From the IMG/VR virus record IMGVR_UViG_3300048606_000186, positions 14,844 to 78,843 of that record: a stretch of DNA of 64,000 nt, one strand, 5' to 3'. This stretch comes from a virus. Its lineage: Duplodnaviria; Caudoviricetes. Shown piece after piece: positions 19,459 through 27,141 of this stretch. Position 1 is the stretch's first letter, and each line of letters begins with the position of its first letter. The notes below the pieces were generated by a model. The model was not told the origin of the DNA and did no database searches. It worked only from the letters and a program-made list of their open reading frames with translations. Both the position numbers and the translations under genes were made by a program.

Positions 19459-19781
19459 AAAGTGGAACTTGGCTGCACCGCGGATACGGCGGTTCGGCGT
19501 TCATCGCTGGCGGCGTATTGCTGCTGGTCACCGGCTGCGCCGCCGCGCCGGAGCGGCCCCGCCCCGAACCCGAGATTCGCACCGTCGAGGTGCAGATTCC
19601 GGTCGTCGTCGCCTGCCCGGCGCTGGCGCGGCTGGGCCCGGAGCCCGCTTATCCCGACACCGCCGAGGCGCTGCGCGCGGCGCCCAACATCTATGTGCGC
19701 ACCCAATTGCTGCTGGCAGGCCGCGGCCTGCGCATCGCGCGCCAGGCGGCGGTTGAAGCAGCCCTGGCGGCCTGCGCCTGA
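19455..19781 (+). CDS. o-spanin lipoprotein (Rz1-like)
   Basis: MKSGTW...VLLLVTG-C lipobox, Pro-rich mature part; ATG 19455 overlaps i-spanin stop. Confidence 0.75.
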   Translation: MKSGTWLHRGYGGSAFIAGGVLLLVTGCAAAPERPRPEPEIRTVEVQIPVVVACPALARLGPEPAYPDTAEALRAAPNIYVRTQLLLAGRGLRIARQAAVEAALAACA

Positions 19782-20137
19782 TGGCAAGCGAACCGACGAC
19801 CGCCCGCGGCGCGACCGCGATCGCCTACCGGGCGATGAACCGCGCCGACGCGGCCTTCGCCGAGATCGAGAGCCACGAAAAATTGTGCGCGGAGCGCTAC
19901 CGCGTCATCGAAGAAAAGCTTGGCATGATCACGCGCCTCCTTGCCTGGGCGGGATCGTTCCTGTTCCTGTTGATCGTCGGCATGCTCGGCTGGTCGCTCA
20001 AGATTCAGATCGAAGCGGCGAGTACCGAACGCCGCGCGCTTGAGAACCGCATCGAATTGATTCGCCAAGGCATAGTGCCGATTCAGCAATCCATCGAACG
20101 ATCAGCTGCGCCGGCGCCCCAGACGGAAAGCCGCTGA
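19781..20137 (+). CDS. Membrane protein, XhlA/holin-like
   Basis: HEKLCAERY..I..L followed by single TM helix. Confidence 0.55.
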   Translation: MASEPTTARGATAIAYRAMNRADAAFAEIESHEKLCAERYRVIEEKLGMITRLLAWAGSFLFLLIVGMLGWSLKIQIEAASTERRALENRIELIRQGIVPIQQSIERSAAPAPQTESR

Positions 20138-20141
20138 GCGC

Positions 20142-21809
20142 GTGGCAGGTTGCCCCAAGGTCAGCGACCAGGAGATCGCGCGCGCCTATAACGATGTCGC
20201 GCGGCTGCCGCGCATCGCTGACGTCGCCGCCGAGGTCAAGCTTCAGATTCGCCACCTTCAGAGTCGCTTGCAGAAAATTCGCCAAGTCGCGCCGGCGGGG
20301 ACGCTGATCGATCGCCAGGCCGCTTATTATGGCAACCACCGCAAACTCGTCGCCCCGGGCACCGAGTCCGATCCACGCGTCGGCGGCCGTTATCTGGTCC
20401 CGCTGCAACCGAAGCGCTGGCTTCTGACCTCGGCGCAGGACGAAACCGCCGTCCATGCGCCCTTCTGGACGAACCTGCTGGCCTATGGCGATGCGATCGG
20501 CGCCGAGGTACTGGTCGGAGGCTTCACCTACAACAAGAGCCTGTTCGAGGACCATGCCTCGCGCACCGCAGTTTTCCCCGAGGCGGTGCGGCCCTATCTG
20601 ATCCACGACGACCGCATGCTCGGCGGCGAGGCCGGGCTGATGTTCGCCGCCAAGATGAACATCCTGCCGACGGCGGTGCGCCCGCTCTCCGGCCTCGACA
20701 ATTACAGCCGCGGCCGCTGGGCGGTCTTCCCGCATGCCAAGGTTCAGCTCATCTCGGTGCCGGCGCTGCCCGGCCGGCACCCGGCGATGGTGATGACCTC
20801 GGGCACCTGCACGGTTGAGAATTACATCGAGAAGAAGGCCGGACTCAAAGCGGCCTTCCACCATATCATCGGCGCGACGATCGTTGAACAGGACAGCGAA
20901 GGGCGGCTGTTCTGTCGCCAGATCAGCGCCTCGGACGACGGCAGTTTCCAGGATCTCGACGCGCGCGTCGATGCCGGCCGGGTCAGCTTCGGCCACCGGG
21001 TCGAGGAGATCAGCTGGGGCGACGTTCACATGGAGCAGATCGACCCGCAGGTCGCGATGACCTGCTGGGGCTACGATGTCGAGCGCGATCGCGTGACCAG
21101 CGAATCATCGATGATCCACGCGCTTCGGCCGCGCCACCAGGCCTTCCACGATCTGCTCGATTTCCAGGCGCGCAACCATCACCGCCGCGGCGACCATAGC
21201 CATGCGTTCAAGATGACCGTGGGTGGCTCAGAGCGGGTCGACGACGGCATCGCCAAATGCGCGCGTTTCCTCGCCGCGACCGCGTTCGATTGGACGACCA
21301 GTGCGGTCGTAGCTTCGAACCACAGCGACGCGCTGCAGCGCTGGCTGCGCGAGACCGATCCGCGCTCGGATCCGGTCAACCTTCCGGCATGGTGCGAGCT
21401 CAACCTCGAAATCTATCGGCGGATCGAGGCCGGCGACGCGCATTTCGACATCTTCCCCTGGGCGCTGCGCCGGCACGATCCGCTCGGCGACATCGTCTTC
21501 GTGCCGCGCAACGGCTCCTATCTGGTCTGCCAGCAGCACGGCGGCATCGAATGCGGCCTGCACGGGGATGAGGGGCCCAACGGTGCCCGCGGCAGCGCGA
21601 TGAACCTGAACCGGGTCGCCGTCCGGATCAACATCGGCCACAGCCATAGCGCGATGATCGTCGACGGGGTCTACCAGGCTGGGCTCTGCGGGACCATGGA
21701 CCAGGGGTACAATAGCGGGCCCAGCAGTTGGAGTCACTCGCAGATCGTCACATATCCCTCGAGCAAGCGGACCTTGATAACGATCATTGATGGGAAGTGG
21801 CGCGCGTGA
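20142..21809 (+). CDS. T5 A1-like metallophosphoesterase-fold nuclease
   Basis: 555 aa; TSAQ, NILPTA..PLSG, NYI.KKAG.KA.FHH, WGD.H, HD..DF..RNHH, SNH, HGD.G.NG.RGS, GHSHS, YN.G.SSWSHS motifs as recalled for the A1 family. Confidence 0.7.
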   Translation: MAGCPKVSDQEIARAYNDVARLPRIADVAAEVKLQIRHLQSRLQKIRQVAPAGTLIDRQAAYYGNHRKLVAPGTESDPRVGGRYLVPLQPKRWLLTSAQDETAVHAPFWTNLLAYGDAIGAEVLVGGFTYNKSLFEDHASRTAVFPEAVRPYLIHDDRMLGGEAGLMFAAKMNILPTAVRPLSGLDNYSRGRWAVFPHAKVQLISVPALPGRHPAMVMTSGTCTVENYIEKKAGLKAAFHHIIGATIVEQDSEGRLFCRQISASDDGSFQDLDARVDAGRVSFGHRVEEISWGDVHMEQIDPQVAMTCWGYDVERDRVTSESSMIHALRPRHQAFHDLLDFQARNHHRRGDHSHAFKMTVGGSERVDDGIAKCARFLAATAFDWTTSAVVASNHSDALQRWLRETDPRSDPVNLPAWCELNLEIYRRIEAGDAHFDIFPWALRRHDPLGDIVFVPRNGSYLVCQQHGGIECGLHGDEGPNGARGSAMNLNRVAVRINIGHSHSAMIVDGVYQAGLCGTMDQGYNSGPSSWSHSQIVTYPSSKRTLITIIDGKWRA

Positions 21810-21812
21810 TCC

Positions 21813-22030
21813 TTAGCGGTCTGCCGGGTTCTCGAACATAGAGCGGTAGCGGTCGGCCAGGCCCGCCATTTCATCGACATCGATGAGCAGGCTCCAGGAT
21901 TTGAAGGGTTCCGTGCGACCGCGATAGATGGTGACGATCGGCGTGCATATTCCAGCCCGTGTTGCGCGCACTTCGAGATCGCCGTGAGTCTCTTGAAGTT
22001 GTTGCAGGCAATCAATTCACTGATGACCAT
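21813..22030 (-). pseudogene. Small phage gene with apparent 1-nt deletion
   Basis: Strong GGAGGGG SD; MVISELIA in one frame continues as LQQLQETHGDLEV...ENPADR* in another. Confidence 0.45.
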
Positions 22031-22042
22031 ATACCCCTCCCG

Positions 22043-22417
22043 TCACGCAGCCACCACCGGCCGGCCGTCCCGTGTCGCGATCCGCAGCATGGGTGAAGCC
22101 GCCGCGGCAGCCGCGCCTATCATTGCGCGCGAGTCGGCGAACACCACGTCGGCCGCCATCGCGGTCAGCGCCAAGCGCGAGAAGAAACCGGTCTCCATCG
22201 GCCCATGTTCCGGAGCGGCACGGCTGATCGCTTCGGCGACATGACCGAGCGCCATGGGGGCTTGATTGTCGCGCATATACTGGACTAGCTCGTCGGCGCG
22301 CGCACGGCCAAGGGCGGCGGGATCCGAAGTTCCGGCCTCGGCCGGCGACCAAAGATTGGTCCGTTGGTCTTCGGATCGGGCGAATGTGAGGCTTGTAACT
22401 GGTGGCTGATGGCTCAT
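22043..22417 (-). CDS. Hypothetical phage protein
   Basis: 124 aa; LW.P...G.D...GRA.ADEL..YM....P..LG......ETGFF pattern. Confidence 0.55.
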   Translation of the reverse strand: MSHQPPVTSLTFARSEDQRTNLWSPAEAGTSDPAALGRARADELVQYMRDNQAPMALGHVAEAISRAAPEHGPMETGFFSRLALTAMAADVVFADSRAMIGAAAAAASPMLRIATRDGRPVVAA

Positions 22418-22587
22418 TGGACTGGGCTTTCATCTGCGGTTGAACGACATCCTTCATTGAAGGCGGCTCGGCTACCACCGGGCCGCTTTCCGCGTCTAGG
22501 TCAGTGCTTTAGCCCATCTTTCCCCTCCCCCTTGTCTCGCCCCCGCGCGACTTGCTACAAGCGAATCTCCCGATGGGGAGATCGAAC

Positions 22588-23115
22588 ATGAACGTGGTAA
22601 CTGCAAAATTGCAGGATGGCCAGACCGAAAATGCAGGATGCGCCGGACCGCTTCGTCTCCTAAGCGTGGAGGGGATGAAGGGGGAGCAGCTCGTAATCGT
22701 GCGATGGATGCAGGCCCAGCTTCAGCGGCTGGGCTGGACGGCGCAGTTGTGGGCGACCAGGGCGCGCGTCTCGCCGACGACGCTGACCCGATCGATGCAG
22801 CCGGCCTATGACAATGTGACGTCGATCCCGACGCTCGATGCGCTGGCGCGCGCGGCCGGCCTGCCGTCGGTCCTCGACTTCCTCGAGGAGCAGACCGAGC
22901 GGCGCAACGCAGCGCCGACACCGGCGGCGACGCGCGCGATCCTGGCCCAGGTGTTGCCGATGGCCGGATGCAAGGCGATGTCGGATGCGGATCTCGACAA
23001 GGCCGCCGAAGCGATCGCGTTCGGCTTCGCGCTGCTGGCACGCGATCCGGCGCGGGCAGGCGACCCGGGCGCGATCGCCGTAGCTGCGGATGCGGCTGCA
23101 TCGCGCTTTCAATGA
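22588..23115 (+). CDS. XRE-like HTH transcriptional regulator
   Basis: W..RARVSPTTLTR.......TL.ALA helix-turn-helix; GGGGAG SD. Confidence 0.7.
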   Translation: MNVVTAKLQDGQTENAGCAGPLRLLSVEGMKGEQLVIVRWMQAQLQRLGWTAQLWATRARVSPTTLTRSMQPAYDNVTSIPTLDALARAAGLPSVLDFLEEQTERRNAAPTPAATRAILAQVLPMAGCKAMSDADLDKAAEAIAFGFALLARDPARAGDPGAIAVAADAAASRFQ

Positions 23116-23288
23116 TTTCAGCCATGTCGGGGCGTGCTCCGGATTGAGGGCAACCACTCCGAATGCGGTGAAAATACTGTATGAGGCGTGAACACGAATG
23201 AAACCTTCCCAGGTGCGCGTCGGTCTAGGCGCGGCAATATTCCTTGTAAAGCGAAACTCTTAGTCACTGTATCATCGATTATGACCTG

Positions 23289-23774
23289 TCAGGCCGCGAC
23301 CCTTGGAGTCTGCTGTTCGCGATCTGTTCCGCTGTTCAATCCAACATTGCAAGTCTCGCCGAACGCGGCGGCCAAGCGGGTGACGCCGACCTCGGTCAGA
23401 TAATAGCCGGCGCCGTGCTTGTTCCCGATCGCATCGCGGCCGATTCGCTTGCGTAGCTGGCAGATTCTCACGTTGACGATTTGCGGACTGCGATCTCTGG
23501 CGTGGTCCTGCCGCGGCATTGCGTTTTCGATTTCGCTAAGGCTGAATACGCGCCCGGGGCGTTGGTAGAGCATGACGGCAATGGTCGCGATGCTCGGCGG
23601 AACTTGAAGCGCCAGAGCCAGCGCCTTAACCCGGTCGATATCGGCACGCATTTCCGCCTCATCGCGCCAATAATCGCGCTCCTGGGTCATGTTACCGAGC
23701 CGGCTGCGCAGCAAGGTGATCTCCCTGACGAGCGCGGACCGATCGTCCGGCGTCAAGGCAAAGCCACCGCTCAT
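23289..23774 (-). CDS. Receiver-less OmpR/CtrA-type winged-helix DNA-binding protein
   Basis: ATG 23774 overlaps MTase stop; IVNVRICQLRKRIG...I.N.HGAGYYL resembles trans_reg_C recognition helix and wing. Confidence 0.75.
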   Translation of the reverse strand: MSGGFALTPDDRSALVREITLLRSRLGNMTQERDYWRDEAEMRADIDRVKALALALQVPPSIATIAVMLYQRPGRVFSLSEIENAMPRQDHARDRSPQIVNVRICQLRKRIGRDAIGNKHGAGYYLTEVGVTRLAAAFGETCNVGLNSGTDREQQTPRVAA

Positions 23775-25228
23775 CCGAGCAGCGCGGCTAGTGAGGCGGG
23801 TGCTGCCGCCGGCGGCGGGCCCAACAGCGCGCCGAGGTCCAGCGCCGGCGCGGCAACTCCGAATCGCGCGCGAATATCGCCGGCGAACTCCGGCTCGGCT
23901 TCCATCAGGATGCAGTCGACGCCTTCCGCGCGCGCCGCGGCGCCGGTGGGCCCCGTGCCAGCGAACGGGTCCAGGACCGTGCCGCCTGGCGGCGTGACGA
24001 GGCGCACCAGCCAGGCGAGCATGTCGATCGGCTTGGCGGTCGGATGGCTGCGCAGTGACACTTCGCCCGTCTCCGGGTCGATGCAGCCGCAGCCGGGTTT
24101 GGCGCCGACGCCGTGGTCGCCGCAGATCCTGCACTGGAATATCCGGTCGCGCGCCGTCGCCTTGGCGTTGTAGCGCACTGGCGCACCATCCAGTTCGGCG
24201 ATCAGGCCGGCATCGAGCAGCGCGTCGAGCTCGTCCTCGCGCTGGAAGGCGTTGAAGAAGCGCGTCGAGCTCGTCCTCGCGCTGGAAGGCGTTGAAGAAG
24301 CGGGCCGCGCTGTCCGCTGCCGGGCGCGCGGGTGCATGACGTTGTCTGGCGAGCCGCGGCGCATTTCCCCGTAGCACGTTTGGTTTTTGCGCGAATTGGA
24401 GGAGGAGGAGGGCGCGATCTGGCCGGGCGCCGAGGGGAAGAGCGCCAGCACCTCGGGCGAGGCGTCGTGCAGGAAATTGGCCGGATGGCGGCCGAGTTGA
24501 CTCGTCAATGTCACTTCATCGCCTGCGCGACCAAATGACGTCGCGATGGGGGCAGCGCGCAGTTTCGTGTCGCGCAAGTGAGGGTTGTCCGCGAGATTGC
24601 CGCCGTTGATCGTCTGATGCGCCACCCGGCACCCGTCGATGTTGATCGCGCCGGCGCCGTGCCGCAACAGGTTGAGCGCGCCATTCTTCTCGGCGAACGG
24701 CCGCTGGCCGACATAGATCGGCTCGAGCCCGGGCTTCATCGACTGGGTGCCGTATTTCCAGCCCTGCCAGAATTCGGCGACCTCGGCCCCCAGGCCGGCC
24801 TTCTCGATATATTTGGCGGCGTCATAGCCCTTCGGCATGCCCTGACCGTAGAGCCAGCCCAGGAACGGGTGCATCACGAAGCCGCCCATCTCCATCGCGC
24901 AGGCCATCCAGTGGCCGGTGCGCGGGGAGCCGAACGCGATGCAATAGCCGCCGGGCAACAGGATGTCGTGGATCAGGCGCCAGAACTCAGGGTCGCGCTC
25001 GATGCCGGTCGCGTCCCATTTCGACCCCATGAAGCCGCCGCTCGCGCGCTGGAAGGCGCCATCGCTGCCGAACTTGGCCGGAGCGGCGCCCGCCTTGCCG
25101 AACCGCTTCGCCACGCTGACCAATCCGTAAGGCGCGTCCGTGACGACGCTGTTGACCCGGACACCCTGGTCGATCAGCCGGCGCAGGTGAGCCCGGTTGT
25201 CGCCTTCGTGGAGGATGATCGAGGTCAC
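23771..25228 (-). CDS. DNA N6-adenine/N4-cytosine methyltransferase (beta-class order)
   Basis: TDAPYG catalytic motif near N-terminus, HPT.KP and DPFAGTG SAM motif near C-terminus; inserted CRICGDH..CGC Zn motif. Confidence 0.9.
   Translation of the reverse strand: MTSIILHEGDNRAHLRRLIDQGVRVNSVVTDAPYGLVSVAKRFGKAGAAPAKFGSDGAFQRASGGFMGSKWDATGIERDPEFWRLIHDILLPGGYCIAFGSPRTGHWMACAMEMGGFVMHPFLGWLYGQGMPKGYDAAKYIEKAGLGAEVAEFWQGWKYGTQSMKPGLEPIYVGQRPFAEKNGALNLLRHGAGAINIDGCRVAHQTINGGNLADNPHLRDTKLRAAPIATSFGRAGDEVTLTSQLGRHPANFLHDASPEVLALFPSAPGQIAPSSSSNSRKNQTCYGEMRRGSPDNVMHPRARQRTARPASSTPSSARTSSTRFFNAFQREDELDALLDAGLIAELDGAPVRYNAKATARDRIFQCRICGDHGVGAKPGCGCIDPETGEVSLRSHPTAKPIDMLAWLVRLVTPPGGTVLDPFAGTGPTGAAARAEGVDCILMEAEPEFAGDIRARFGVAAPALDLGALLGPPPAAAPASLAALLG
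24219..24302. repeat. Exact 40-bp tandem duplication inside the MTase
   Basis: CGCGTCGAGCTCGTCCTCGCGCTGGAAGGCGTTGAAGAAG at 24221-24260 and 24261-24300. Confidence 0.95.
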
Positions 25229-25395
25229 CGGCGGCGCGGTCGTGGGCCGACGCGAACGCCGACCATCTCGGTTGCGAGGGTGAGGCGCGCTATCAGTCCT
25301 TTGCAGCTCGGTGACAGGCAGCCGCCAAGCGCGATGTCTGGTATCGCGCCGGCGACGGCTGCAAGAATGTAGGGGAGGATGCTGGGGTCGATCAT
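25225..25395 (-). CDS. Small hypothetical protein (56 aa)
   Basis: Start and stop both overlap neighbours (ATGA/GTGA coupling). Confidence 0.4.
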   Translation of the reverse strand: MIDPSILPYILAAVAGAIPDIALGGCLSPSCKGLIARLTLATEMVGVRVGPRPRRR

Positions 25396-25706
25396 CCGAG
25401 GAACGCCGCCATCGGGTCCGGTACAGCCGCCGCGGGAAGCGCGATCAGCGCCGCGAGCGGGTCGGCACCCGGCGCCGGGTCTCCTGGCGCGGGCAGCGCG
25501 CCGGCGAGTGCCAGGCGCAGGTCGCGCATGCGTTCATAAACCAGTGGCGCCGGACCGCCCGATGCGCCGCGGACGCGCAGCGCCCGCAGCATTGCCTCGG
25601 CCGGGTCCGAGTCGGTCTCAACCGTCCATGGGCCGTGATCCGACTGGACGTTGGCCTGCCAGCCGCCGTTCTTCGATTCGAACAGGATCATGCGCAGGAT
25701 GGTCAT
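25392..25706 (-). CDS. Hypothetical protein, paralog of 25861-26223
   Basis: GGWQANV...WTV...DP..A...ALR; ends AAFLG*. Confidence 0.65.
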   Translation of the reverse strand: MTILRMILFESKNGGWQANVQSDHGPWTVETDSDPAEAMLRALRVRGASGGPAPLVYERMRDLRLALAGALPAPGDPAPGADPLAALIALPAAAVPDPMAAFLG

Positions 25707-25864
25707 CCGCAGCCGCTCGCGATCGACGCGAGCCCGCGCGCTAACATCAAGGCAGCGCCGACGAGATCTCCCAGTGCGAGGACCGTGGCGGCGAGATGGA
25801 GCGCCCGCCCGAAGGGCGTCAGGGAAAACCAGAGGGCGAACCAGGCTGAAAGGGCGCCCGTCAT
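25703..25864 (-). CDS. Small membrane protein (53 aa)
   Basis: MTGALSAWFALWFSL...; coupled ATGA overlaps at both ends. Confidence 0.5.
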   Translation of the reverse strand: MTGALSAWFALWFSLTPFGRALHLAATVLALGDLVGAALMLARGLASIASGCG

Positions 25865-26223
25865 CCGAGCAGCGCCGCAAGCGGGCTGCGCGCGACCGCG
25901 AATGCCGTATCGAGATTGACGCCGGGCTCGGCGATATTGACCGAAATGGTGATCGCGTCTTCGAATTCGGTCTGAATCTCGGGCGGCGGCGCATCGACAT
26001 AGCCGTCACGCGCGACGACCTGGCGGCCGGCGATGCCGCAGCTGCGCTGACGCAGCGCCTCGCGGCTGGCGTCGACAGGATCGTAGAGCGTGACCACGGT
26101 CCAGGCATTGACGCCGGGCTCGCCCACGTTGGCCTGGAAGCCGCCGCCGTGGACCGGCCACAGGTGCAGACGCACCGGGCCCTTCATGGCGAGGTCGCGC
26201 AGGTAGGTTTCGAGGCTGCTCAT
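25861..26223 (-). CDS. Hypothetical protein, paralog of 25392-25706
   Basis: GGFQANV...WTV...DP..A...ALR; ends AALLG*. Confidence 0.7.
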   Translation of the reverse strand: MSSLETYLRDLAMKGPVRLHLWPVHGGGFQANVGEPGVNAWTVVTLYDPVDASREALRQRSCGIAGRQVVARDGYVDAPPPEIQTEFEDAITISVNIAEPGVNLDTAFAVARSPLAALLG

Positions 26224-26408
26224 GGAGTCGCAGCCACCGACATAAGAACCGTTTCCAGCCGCCCCAGCCAGTCGTCCATGAAGCGTTGATGCTGTTCGAA
26301 CGCGAACGAGATATTGTTGGCCGCCGATTGCATCTCGCGCGCCGCGCCCGACATGGTCGATGCGGCGCGGGCTACGTCTTCCGCGCCGGCGAGGTGCATG
26401 ATTTCCAC
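26220..26408 (-). CDS. Small helical phage protein
   Basis: GAEDV.RA...M..AA..M..AA.N....F..HQRF.DDWL pattern; coupled to neighbour. Confidence 0.65.
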   Translation of the reverse strand: MEIMHLAGAEDVARAASTMSGAAREMQSAANNISFAFEQHQRFMDDWLGRLETVLMSVAATP

Positions 26409-26409
26409 G

Positions 26410-26676
26410 TTACGCCAGCCCCAGCGCGGCTTTGTAGGCGTCGAGGATCGCCTCCGCCTCCTGGCGATCGTGCGTCTCCATGGCGCGCAGCCGGATGATC
26501 ACGCGCATCGTTTTGGGGCAGTAGCCGCGGGCTTTGCCTTCGCTGAAGACGTCCTTGCGATCATCCTGCGCGGATTTGATCTCTTCATTGATCCGCTCGG
26601 CGCGCTCGATCAACAGCCGCAGCTCGTCGACTGCGATGCTGGTGCCGCTGTTATGGCCCGGTCCCGGTTCCGCCAT
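26410..26676 (-). CDS. gapR: GapR-like nucleoid-associated protein (DUF2312/UPF0335)
   Basis: ELR..IER.ER...E.K...DD.KDVF.E.K.RGY..K.MR.II.LR.......E.EA.L..Y..ALG. Confidence 0.9.
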   Translation of the reverse strand: MAEPGPGHNSGTSIAVDELRLLIERAERINEEIKSAQDDRKDVFSEGKARGYCPKTMRVIIRLRAMETHDRQEAEAILDAYKAALGLA

Positions 26677-26698
26677 CGTCTCAACCTTTCGTCTGGTG

Positions 26699-26717
26699 TT
26701 TCCAGTTAAACATGAAT
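26699..26717 (-). promoter_or_regulatory. Operator-like site (minus strand ATTCATGTTTAACTGGAAA) with upstream TTGACG -35-like hexamer
   Basis: Upstream of gapR, next to stop of 26728-27135. Confidence 0.65.
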
Positions 26718-26727
26718 TAGCGGCGCG

Positions 26728-27135
26728 TCAACGGGCAATCTGGTCATCCCCGTCGAAGCCGATCACCCGGCCGTTCCTCAACCGCAGGTATTTCTGGTCG
26801 CCGGCGGCAAGGCGCACCTTGGTGCCGCGGATGTCGATGGTCACGTCGTGGGTGATCCTCGCGAGCGCGCCGCCGTCGGTCCGCACCACGCACGGCGTGC
26901 CGGCCGCGATTTCCTCGGTGCGCGAACTGCCCGGCGGACAGTTGACGATGCCACCGGGCCCCTTCAGCCTGGGATCCGGCTTTGCTCCAACATCGATATT
27001 GCCGTGTGGCAAGCGATCCGCCTTCCAGTCGGTCAGCGCGACATAGCTGCCGGTCACCAGCGGCGCAGCGGCGATCGCGCGCACCATGCGGTGGGTGACC
27101 TCGCCTGGGCCGGATGGCAATGACGAGTCGGGCAC
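26728..27135 (-). CDS. Hypothetical protein
   Basis: 135 aa, GTG start, in operon. Confidence 0.5.
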   Translation of the reverse strand: MPDSSLPSGPGEVTHRMVRAIAAAPLVTGSYVALTDWKADRLPHGNIDVGAKPDPRLKGPGGIVNCPPGSSRTEEIAAGTPCVVRTDGGALARITHDVTIDIRGTKVRLAAGDQKYLRLRNGRVIGFDGDDQIAR

Positions 27136-27141
27136 GGTCGC

